A stretch of DNA of 14,460 bases from Calditrichaceae bacterium (lineage in GTDB: Bacteria > Calditrichota > Calditrichia > Calditrichales > JBFXGD01). The stretch covers positions 1 to 14,460 of the forward strand of contig JBFXLE010000045.1 in NCBI GenBank assembly GCA_050173015.1. Direction: 5' to 3'. Shown here piece after piece: positions 6,949 to 14,342 of this stretch. Numbering within the stretch: the first letter of the stretch is position 1; each line of letters opens with the position of its first letter. The notes beneath the pieces are model-generated. The model saw only the letters and a list, made by a program, of their open reading frames with translations, searched no databases and was not told the DNA's origin. Both the position numbers and the translations under genes were made by a program.

Positions 6949-9900
6949 CATCTAATATCGGCAAAAAAGAACGCGAAACCCAGAATCGCATCGTGACGCT
7001 CTTCCAAAACGAACTCAAATACCGCTATCTGGGTAACTGGGAAGAAAGAGAAGATAACAGCAATCTGGAAGAAGACATTTTAGAAGATTGGCTGCTGAAC
7101 AAACAGAAGATTGACAGTAATTTGGTGGTAAAGGCAATCTATGAATTCGGAAAAGCCGTAAACGACCAGAGCCGTTCGCTTTATGATGTGAATAAAGAAG
7201 TTTATTCCATGTTGCGTTACGGCGTAAATGTTCAGCCCGAAACCGGGCAGAAAAAACAAACGGTGGATCTGATCGATTGGGAAAATCCGATGAACAATGA
7301 TTTTGCCGTCGCTGAAGAAGTCACTATCAAAGGAATGCATGAAAAACGCCCCGATATTGTTCTTTATGTTAATGGAATTGTTTTAGGTGTTCTGGAATTA
7401 AAACGCAGCACTGTTTCAGTATCTGAAGGTATCCGCCAGAATCTTGATAACCAGAAACACATTTTTATTAAATCCTTTTTTAATACGATTCAATATGTCA
7501 TGGCGGGCAACGACATTGAAGGTATTGCCTACGGCGTAATCGAAACCAAAGAAAAATATTTTCAGAAATGGAAAGAGGTCAGCGAAGAAAATAATAAAGA
7601 TCATCATTATCTTTTAGAACTTACAAAGCCCATTCGTAACTGTGCTGCGAAATACGAATATCCTTTAGACCGGAATGTGGTAGAGTTGCTGAATAAAGAG
7701 CGTTTCCTTGAATTGATTCACAATTTTATTGTGTTCGACCGCGGTATAAAAAAACTGGCGCGTCCCAACCAGTATTTTGGCGTGAAAGCAGCACAGGATT
7801 TTATCCGGCGAAAAGAAGGAGGTATCATCTGGCATACTCAGGGCAGTGGTAAAAGTTTGACCATGGTCTGGCTGACTAAATGGATTCGTGAGTTTAATGA
7901 TAACGCCCGTGTTTTGGTAATCACCGACCGTGAAGAATTGGACGAGCAAATTAAAAAGGTTTACACTGGCATTGATGAAGATATTTATCGCACAAAAAGC
8001 GGTAAGGATTTACTGCATAAATTAAACGATACCACCCCTTGGCTGATGTGTTCTTTGGTCCACAAGTTTGGCGGCAAAGAGGAAATAGATGACAAGGATA
8101 TGGACGCCTATCTGAATGAACTGCGCAGCAATATCCCGTCTGATTACAAAGCCAAAGGGGATGTTTACGTTTTTGTGGATGAATGCCATCGCACCCAATC
8201 AGGAAAACTGCACGAAGCAATGAAGCAATTTTTGCCTAATGCTCATTTTATCGGATTTACCGGAACGCCGCTATTAAAAACAGACAAACAAACCAGTCTG
8301 GAGGTTTTTGGCAAATATATTCACACCTATAAATTTGATGAAGCCGTAAAAGACAAAGTGGTTTTGGATTTACGCTATGAAGCGCGTGATATTGAGCAGA
8401 ATATTACTTCTGAAGACAAAATTGACGAATGGTTTGAAATTAAAACCCGTGGACTTACAGATTTTGCCAAAGCGGAGTTGAAACAAAAATGGGGTACTCT
8501 GAAAAAGATATTCAGTTCCAGGTCTCGTTTGGAAAAAATAGTTCTTGATATTGTCATGGATATGGAGAAAAAGGAACGCTTGCAAAACGGCAGAGGGAAT
8601 GCACTGTTAATTTCTGATAGTATTTACAATGCTTGCCGTTATTTTGAATTGTTCCAGAATGCCGGGTTAAAAAACTCTGCCATTATCACTTCGTATGTTC
8701 CGACACATACAGATATTAAAGGTGAAGAATCGGGAGAAGGCTATACTGAAAAACTACAGCGTTTTGAGATATACCGCAAAATGCTGGCAGTGTATTTTAA
8801 TGAGGATCCGGATACCGCCATCAATAAAGTGGAACAGTTTGAAAAAGAAGTGAAGAAAAAGTTTGTGGAAGAACCGGCGCAGATGAAACTGCTCATTGTG
8901 GTCAACAAACTGCTCACCGGTTTTGATGCTCCCCCTGCGACTTATTTATACATCGATAAAAAATTGAGAGATCATGGATTGTTCCAAGCGGTATGCCGGG
9001 TTAACCGTCTGGATGGCGACGATAAAGATTATGGCTATATTATAGACTACATGGATTTATTTAAAAGTCTCGAAAAGGCTTTTGAAGATTATACATCCGA
9101 AGCCTTAAGCGGTTATGAGGAATCGGATATTAACGGACTGCTGAAAAACAGGCTGCAAAAAGGTAAAGAAAGACTGGAAGAAGCGATAGAAGCCATCAAA
9201 GCATTGGTTGAACCAGTTGATCCACCCAAAGACACTTTAGCACATATTCGATATTTCTGCGGTAAGGATACCGGAAATCCAGATGAACTCAAAGATACGG
9301 AACCGAGACGGGCTTCATTATACAAGCTTACCATTGCCCTAATGCGTGCTTATGCTAACGTCGCCGATGAAATGAAAGAAGCCGGTTATTCGGACAAGCA
9401 AATTGATGAAATTAAAACCGACATTAAACATTTTGAAAATCTGAGGAAAGAAATTCAACTTGCCAGTGGTGACTATATCGACTTGAAGCAATATGAGCCA
9501 GCCATGCGTCATTTGATAGACAGTTACATTGGTGCGGAAGAAAGCCGCATGCTGGCCAATTTTGATGATTTGACTCTGGTCGAATTGCTGATCGAAAAAG
9601 GTGAGGATGCGCTAAAGGATGTTCCTAAAAATATACGGGATGATAAAGATGCAATGGCGGAAACTATTGAAAACAATTTACGCCGGGTGATTATTGAAGA
9701 GAGTCCGACCAACCCTATGTATTATGAAAAGATGAGTGTTTTACTGGAAGAGTTAATAAAGCTCAGGAAAGCACAAACGGAAGAATATGAACAATACCTG
9801 AAAAAGATCATCGAACTTTCAGGTAAAATAAAACGACCCTCGACTACTGTGGACTATCCTTCAGCGGTTGATACCGATGCAAAAAGAGCCTTATATGATA

Positions 9901-10100
9901 ATCTTCAAAAGAATGGAGACCTGGCAGCCCAATTAGATCAAAAAATCCTGACAACAAAAAAAGATGGCTGGCGGGATAACCTTCAAAAATCAAAAGCTGT
10001 TAGACTCGCTATAAAAGACGTGTTGCAGGATTTCGGAATATCCAGGGAAGAAGATATTCATCGGATATTCGATCTTGTTAAGAATCAAAGAGATTATTAA
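6945..10100 (+). CDS. hsdR: Type I restriction endonuclease/translocase subunit R
   Basis: Nuclease motif RPDIVLYVNG...ELK, Walker A WHTQGSGKS, ITDREELDEQ, DECHR, GFTGTP, LLTGFDAP and QAVCRVNR. Confidence 0.97.
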   Translation: MTSNIGKKERETQNRIVTLFQNELKYRYLGNWEEREDNSNLEEDILEDWLLNKQKIDSNLVVKAIYEFGKAVNDQSRSLYDVNKEVYSMLRYGVNVQPETGQKKQTVDLIDWENPMNNDFAVAEEVTIKGMHEKRPDIVLYVNGIVLGVLELKRSTVSVSEGIRQNLDNQKHIFIKSFFNTIQYVMAGNDIEGIAYGVIETKEKYFQKWKEVSEENNKDHHYLLELTKPIRNCAAKYEYPLDRNVVELLNKERFLELIHNFIVFDRGIKKLARPNQYFGVKAAQDFIRRKEGGIIWHTQGSGKSLTMVWLTKWIREFNDNARVLVITDREELDEQIKKVYTGIDEDIYRTKSGKDLLHKLNDTTPWLMCSLVHKFGGKEEIDDKDMDAYLNELRSNIPSDYKAKGDVYVFVDECHRTQSGKLHEAMKQFLPNAHFIGFTGTPLLKTDKQTSLEVFGKYIHTYKFDEAVKDKVVLDLRYEARDIEQNITSEDKIDEWFEIKTRGLTDFAKAELKQKWGTLKKIFSSRSRLEKIVLDIVMDMEKKERLQNGRGNALLISDSIYNACRYFELFQNAGLKNSAIITSYVPTHTDIKGEESGEGYTEKLQRFEIYRKMLAVYFNEDPDTAINKVEQFEKEVKKKFVEEPAQMKLLIVVNKLLTGFDAPPATYLYIDKKLRDHGLFQAVCRVNRLDGDDKDYGYIIDYMDLFKSLEKAFEDYTSEALSGYEESDINGLLKNRLQKGKERLEEAIEAIKALVEPVDPPKDTLAHIRYFCGKDTGNPDELKDTEPRRASLYKLTIALMRAYANVADEMKEAGYSDKQIDEIKTDIKHFENLRKEIQLASGDYIDLKQYEPAMRHLIDSYIGAEESRMLANFDDLTLVELLIEKGEDALKDVPKNIRDDKDAMAETIENNLRRVIIEESPTNPMYYEKMSVLLEELIKLRKAQTEEYEQYLKKIIELSGKIKRPSTTVDYPSAVDTDAKRALYDNLQKNGDLAAQLDQKILTTKKDGWRDNLQKSKAVRLAIKDVLQDFGISREEDIHRIFDLVKNQRDY

Positions 10101-10816
10101 TGGAAAAAATTACAATCAGTAATATTACTATCGATGTGGTCCGGAAGGATATTAAAAATATACACCTGGCTGTTTACCCGCCAATGGGCAGAGTTCGTAT
10201 TTCTGCGCCATTGCATGTAAATGATGATGCCATTCGATTGTTTGCCATTTCGAAATTGGGTTGGATTAAGCAGAATCGACGAAAATTTGAAGGACAGGAA
10301 CGAATACCTAAAAGAGAGTATAAACAGCGTGAAGGACATTATTTTGAAGGTAAGAGATTTCTTTTGAATATTATTGAATTGGACTCTAAACCAAAAGTTG
10401 AAATTAAAGGGAAAAAACGCATTGATTTGTATGTCCGGCCAAATTCAACAACAAAAAAGAAACATGAAGTATTAACCGAGTGGTATCGATCTCATCTTAA
10501 AAAACAAATCCCGCCTATTCTGGAAAAATGGGAAAAGATACTAGACTTAAAAGTGGATTACTGGCAGGTCAAACAAATGAAGACCAAATGGGGTTCATGC
10601 AACATCGAAAAAAAGCGCATTTGGTTAAATCTGGAGTTAGCGAAAAAACCGGTTAGGTGTTTAGAATACATTATTGTTCATGAAATGATTCATTTCAAGG
10701 AAAGACATCATAATGAGAAATTCCTTTATTATATGAATAATTACCTGCCAAATTGGAAACAAGTAAGAAAAGAACTGCAAAGTTTACCAGTGAGTCATGC
10801 AGACTGGTCATATTAA
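10100..10816 (+). CDS. YgjP/DUF45-like zinc metalloprotease-fold protein
   Basis: MKTKWGSC, LNLEL and zinc motif EYIIVHEMIH...HNEKF. The start overlaps the hsdR stop (TAATG). This family is a typical last gene of type I RM operons. Confidence 0.9.
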   Translation: MEKITISNITIDVVRKDIKNIHLAVYPPMGRVRISAPLHVNDDAIRLFAISKLGWIKQNRRKFEGQERIPKREYKQREGHYFEGKRFLLNIIELDSKPKVEIKGKKRIDLYVRPNSTTKKKHEVLTEWYRSHLKKQIPPILEKWEKILDLKVDYWQVKQMKTKWGSCNIEKKRIWLNLELAKKPVRCLEYIIVHEMIHFKERHHNEKFLYYMNNYLPNWKQVRKELQSLPVSHADWSY

Positions 10817-11050
10817 TGCTTTACCGCCTTCGCCATCAGGGCTCAAACTAGATTTATTAGTTACAAATCATATAACGAATAATGTGAAATAGTCTGAGCC
10901 AATCAGGTGGTGAAAAGATTTTTGTGGAAACAATTACACAGGGTATTGGGAAATGTAAATTCCGATTTACGATTCCGCCCGCTATGATTCCGGCTGATGT
11001 GAAACTTTTTAAGCGTGTAAATTGTCATGATTTTTTATGTTTAAACCGCC

Positions 11051-11284
11051 GGCCGCCCAAATGGGGACGCCCCTACTCTTAACTCCCAACGCATAACTCT
11101 TAACAATTCTTACTTCCAACTTCCCACTTCTTACTTTGCCCCGAAAACAACCCCCTTAGTCCCCCTTTGGTAAGGGGGAAACTGCCCGTTGTTACTCTTT
11201 TATCTTTTATCTTAATTTCCACCCGAAGGGGTCGCGGGGTTACGTGGTATGTGTTTACTACAATAATTTCATCCCTTCGGGATT
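11051..11284 (+). repeat. Mosaic intergenic repeat, copy B (intact hairpin at 11160-11179)
   Basis: Degenerate reverse GTAG-REP head (...GGGGACGCCCCTAC), AACTCTT/ACTTCTT heptamers, CCCCCTTAGTCCCCCTTTGGTAAGGGGGAAACTGCCCGTT core, then the segment shared with 94-210. Confidence 0.93.
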
Positions 11285-11374
11285 TTGATTGACTGGTGCA
11301 TTGAAAACCCCGAATTAATGATAAATATTGATAATTTGATAAAAACCCTGACGATGTCTCAGGTGATGTGGTGT

Positions 11375-11457
11375 CTTTTTTTTTCTTTTTTCTTTTATCT
11401 TTTATCTTTTTTCTTAACCTTCCTACTTCTTACTTCTTACTTCCTACTTCCTACTTT
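11375..11457 (+). repeat. Pyrimidine-rich heptamer tandem repeats (TCTTTTA/TCTTTTT, ACTTCCT/ACTTCTT)
   Basis: About five ACTTCYT units preceded by TCTTTTW units. Closely similar to the tail of copy C (12583-12640). Confidence 0.85.
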
Positions 11458-11527
11458 GTATTGAATCAGTTGAAAATGGACTCCCTGTTAGTTTAAATTT
11501 AACAAAAAAAAAGGAGTCGCAGCGCTG

Positions 11528-12400
11528 ATGAAAACCCGCAAAACACACCCCATCAATCAAAATTATCGAAGAACTATTCGAAATCTGATGATTTTTATAA
11601 TTTTAGTACTGGCGAGTGGATGGATTGGTCGGGCACTGGATTTGGCAACGGACAGTCCCGCTCAGGAGGGTCCCGGAATTCTTTTGTGGATAATTACCCC
11701 ACTTTTGGTTTCTCTGCTGCTGAGGACATTTGCAGGAGACGGCTGGAAGGATTTTGGTCTCAGGCCACACTTCAAAAAAAATGTTTCCTGGTATGTGGTC
11801 GCGCTACTTATCTATCCTGTTCTGACAGCTCTCGTTCTGATAGCAGGCCGTGGATTGAGTTTGATTTTATTTCCCGATTTCTCACTAAATTCGCTTTGGC
11901 TGATATCCCAAACCTTTGCGCTGGGCATCCTGCCGCAATTCATAAAAAATATCTTCGAAGAGGCCGCCTGGCGCGGCTATCTCGCTCCAAAGGTGTATTC
12001 GCTTAATCTGAACGATTACTCCGGGCACCTGATCGTCGGTCTTGTCTGGGGGGCATGGCATATCCCCTACTATCTGTTTTTTCTTGATCAGACTATTCTC
12101 CAAAACTTTACAACATTAGATTTATCCGTCTTCATCCCCTTGTCAATCATCGTGATGATCTCCTGGGCAATGGTGTATGGTGAAATTCTGCTTCTCACAA
12201 AATCATTTTGGCCCGCGGTTTTAATGCATATGGTAGAAGACGCCTTTCTTAACCAGCTTTTTACCGACCATCATATACGGATTACCGCCGGAACGGACTG
12301 GTTGGTTTCACCGGTGAATGGATTGATGAGCATCGCCCTGTTTGTTCTTACCGCGGCTGTCTTGCGTAATATTAGATTGAGAAGAGCAGCAGTTTTATGA
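11528..12400 (+). CDS. CPBP (CAAX/Abi) family intramembrane glutamic endopeptidase
   Basis: Multiple hydrophobic helices. Motif 1 FEEAAWRG, motif 2 GLVWGAWH, motif 4 SFWPAVLMHMVED. RBS AAGGAG at 11511-11516. Confidence 0.92.
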   Translation: MKTRKTHPINQNYRRTIRNLMIFIILVLASGWIGRALDLATDSPAQEGPGILLWIITPLLVSLLLRTFAGDGWKDFGLRPHFKKNVSWYVVALLIYPVLTALVLIAGRGLSLILFPDFSLNSLWLISQTFALGILPQFIKNIFEEAAWRGYLAPKVYSLNLNDYSGHLIVGLVWGAWHIPYYLFFLDQTILQNFTTLDLSVFIPLSIIVMISWAMVYGEILLLTKSFWPAVLMHMVEDAFLNQLFTDHHIRITAGTDWLVSPVNGLMSIALFVLTAAVLRNIRLRRAAVL

Positions 12401-12444
12401 AAAAGTCAGAACGCGCGTGAACAAAAAATATCCGAGACAGGCGC

Positions 12445-12647
12445 GGGAGCCCAAATTGTGCCGCCCTACCCTTAACTCATAACTCATTTCACTTAACGCT
12501 TTTAAATTCTTACTTCTCGCTTTGCCCCAAAAAACAACCCCCTTAGTCCCCCTTTGGTAAGGGGGAAACTGCCCGTTCTTACTCTTTTTTCTTTTATCTT
12601 TTTTCTTAAACTTCTTACTTCCTACTTCTCACTTCCTACTTTTTTCC
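12445..12647 (+). repeat. Mosaic intergenic repeat, copy C (intact hairpin at 12547-12566)
   Basis: Same head (CCCAAATTGTGCCGCCCTAC), heptamers and core hairpin as copy B, followed by an ACTTCCT heptamer tail. The left part is nearly identical to 14249-14342. Confidence 0.93.
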
Positions 12648-12689
12648 CAAGCAAGCAGAAGATCCCTCCTGGATGTCTATTGAGAAAAA

Positions 12690-12695
12690 AGTCAA
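12690..12695 (-). promoter_or_regulatory. -35 box (TTGACT) of the IS circle-junction promoter; the -10 TAAATT is at 14205-14200
   Basis: Joining the two IS ends gives TTGACT-tttttctcaatagacgg(17 nt)-TAAATT, pointing into the transposase gene. Confidence 0.7.
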
Positions 12696-12814
12696 TAGGG
12701 CGTTTTTCTCCATTATGAATTTTAATTCATTTTTTTTTACTCTGACTTTTGGTCGAACGGTCTGCCAATGCCGATAATCTTCTTTTTTGTTTTGTGTATT
12801 TATTATTTACCTGT

Positions 12815-13035
12815 TTTTATAAACTTTATACTATGCGTCTATTTGAGCTTTGCCATTTTCCATGAAAAGGCGGCTATGGCAAATTTCGAGTTTTTTTATT
12901 GATGGGGACGGGTTAACCGACACATGGGCACTTTATCTTTGTGCATCATCCAGAATGAACTCTCATCCCCAAACTCTTAAATACACCTAGAGCGCTCCTG
13001 GTCTTTATGGGCCTAACAGCGACCGCACCATATTT
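12815..13035 (-). ncRNA. Putative bridge RNA / seekRNA of the IS1111-type element
   Basis: Structured region downstream of tnp. The stem GGGGATGAGAGTT/AACCCGTCCCC encloses CTGGATGA (12953-12946) and TGTC (12922-12919) around a GCAC/GTGC hairpin, matching the reconstructed target. A second domain contains AATAGACG (12843-12836), matching the reconstructed donor junction. RNA ends are approximate. Confidence 0.72.
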
Positions 13036-14112
13036 CTAGGCAGCTGTTATTTCATCCTTTCTCCAACGATACGGTTCATATTTCCGACCATTTTTAAGCA
13101 TACTTAAACTTACCTTTGCCAGGTAACGACTTACCATCTGGTGCGCCTGCTTATCGGTCAGTCCTTTTGCAATCAGGGTCTGATAATATTCATATACCGG
13201 ATTATGGCCACCCTGAATGGCGGTGTATGCCGCATTTTTATAAACTTCTTTTAACAACCGGTTATAACGGGGGCGGCGTTTGCCATAGTTCTTATTGCCG
13301 CTGCTTTTTTCCAGCCAGACCAGTCCGCAATACGAAAGGTAAGAGCCTTTTTTGGCAAAACGTTGTGGCTGAATAACCACCGCTAATATCTTAAAGGCAT
13401 TGATGTAACCTATGCCCGGCAAAGCCATGATATTTTTCACCGCGCTTTGACCATTTACTATTTTTTTTATCTCTGCTTCAAATGCGGCTTTATCTTCACG
13501 GTATTTTTCTATCATGCTCTCCTGCCAGTCAATGATTATTTTATAGTGACCGGGGTGACTAAGAAGCGCCTGATGTTCCGTTTTGTCACATTTGCTGTAT
13601 CGCATACCCCGGGCTCTGTAAAGGGCGCTACGTTGATTTTGCACGCGAACCCCTGCCTTGACAAGATCCTCATAAGCGCTTAAAAGGTGGCGCAGGTGAT
13701 ACAACCTGTCACAACTGTGAAATACTTCCTTTAGGAAACCACCCCGAAGAAGACTGCATAATTTCATCGCATCATATTTATCTGTTTTGGGGCCATCGCT
13801 TAAAAGATGATTGTAATAGGGATCACATATAACTATTCTGTCCACCACATCTGTTAGCTCCACATATAGCCAATGTGATGAAGTGGTCTCCTCAATGGTG
13901 AGTATCTTTTTTCCTTTCAAAGAAAACAGATGCTCTTTTAGCTCCTTTAAATTACTCTTCCTCCATTCAACGACTTTTATCCTGGGACTCTTTTGAGTCA
14001 TACGGGCCAGGGCAACGCTTTCCTGTGACCAGTCCAAAGCAAGGTAGTGATCATAATAATCCAAATTATCCTTGTAATTGCTCTTTGGGCTATTTAACAT
14101 TGAGGTGTTCAT
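13036..14112 (-). CDS. IS110-family transposase/recombinase (DEDD RuvC-like domain plus Tnp20 domain)
   Basis: LALDWS, IEET and KTDKYDA form the DEDD tetrad; LPGIG and YCGLVWLEKSSG carry the conserved serine. The start is placed at ATG 14112 (358 aa) rather than 14160 because AGAAAGGAG lies 6 nt upstream. Confidence 0.93.
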   Translation of the reverse strand: MNTSMLNSPKSNYKDNLDYYDHYLALDWSQESVALARMTQKSPRIKVVEWRKSNLKELKEHLFSLKGKKILTIEETTSSHWLYVELTDVVDRIVICDPYYNHLLSDGPKTDKYDAMKLCSLLRGGFLKEVFHSCDRLYHLRHLLSAYEDLVKAGVRVQNQRSALYRARGMRYSKCDKTEHQALLSHPGHYKIIIDWQESMIEKYREDKAAFEAEIKKIVNGQSAVKNIMALPGIGYINAFKILAVVIQPQRFAKKGSYLSYCGLVWLEKSSGNKNYGKRRPRYNRLLKEVYKNAAYTAIQGGHNPVYEYYQTLIAKGLTDKQAHQMVSRYLAKVSLSMLKNGRKYEPYRWRKDEITAA

Positions 14113-14240
14113 AAAGGTCTCCTTTCTTTTTTGAGATGTCATTTTACAAATGTATTTCATACATTTCTACACCATTAAAGATTGTGAGACCTTTTTCTCA
14201 ATTTACCGACAGGCCGGATTTTTCGAGGTTAACAGTATTC

Positions 14241-14342
14241 GGGATGTCCTTACTCTTAACTCATAACTCTTTTCTCTTAACGCTCTTAAATTCTTACTTC
14301 TCGCTTTGCCCCAAAAAACAACCCCCTTAGTCCCCCTTTGGT
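14241..14342 (+). repeat. Mosaic intergenic repeat, copy D (left half only, cut at the TGGT loop)
   Basis: Near-identical to 12465-12558. It ends CCCCCTTAGTCCCCCTTTGGT, followed immediately by an IS TIR. Confidence 0.93.

Larger units (their letters stand above)
12676..14208 (-). mobile_element. IS110-family element, IS1111 type (sub-terminal IRs, long 3' non-coding end)
   Basis: IRs ATTGAGAAAAAAGTC (12679-12693) and GACCTTTTTCTCAAT (14188-14202) match at 14/15 and lie 3 and 6 nt inside the inferred ends. A shared G at 12675/14208 marks the crossover. Removing the element restores AGATCCCTCCTGGATGACAGG. Confidence 0.85.

Noticed and set aside
6018-6955. Short overlapping ORFs around RAYT (VETPCMASL / GRDAMHGVST peptides)
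   Set aside because: They are alternative-frame translations of the REP palindromes and shadows of the RAYT gene.
2619-10339. Antisense and alternate-frame ORFs within hsdM, hsdS, hsdR and the YgjP-like gene
   Set aside because: They lie within well-supported genes and have no motifs.
10820-11050. Second attC making the RM operon a cassette
   Set aside because: I found no properly spaced RYYYAAC...GTTRRRY pair with L boxes, and no complement to the GTTTTATTGC start.
14113-14160. Upstream ATG (14160) as transposase start
   Set aside because: It has no RBS and lies in a hairpin, whereas ATG 14112 has AGAAAGGAG at good spacing.
12671-14248. GGATGTC direct repeat (12671-12677 and 14242-14248) as a 7-bp TSD of the IS110 element
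   Set aside because: IS110 elements do not normally make TSDs. The second copy aligns with the head of the mosaic repeat. The IRs, junction promoter and guide matches all point to ends at 12676/14208.
14136-14330. 64-aa ORF, and similarly the short ORFs at 11620-12103 and 13116-13683
   Set aside because: They translate IS end or heptamer repeat sequence, or are shadows of the CPBP and transposase genes.
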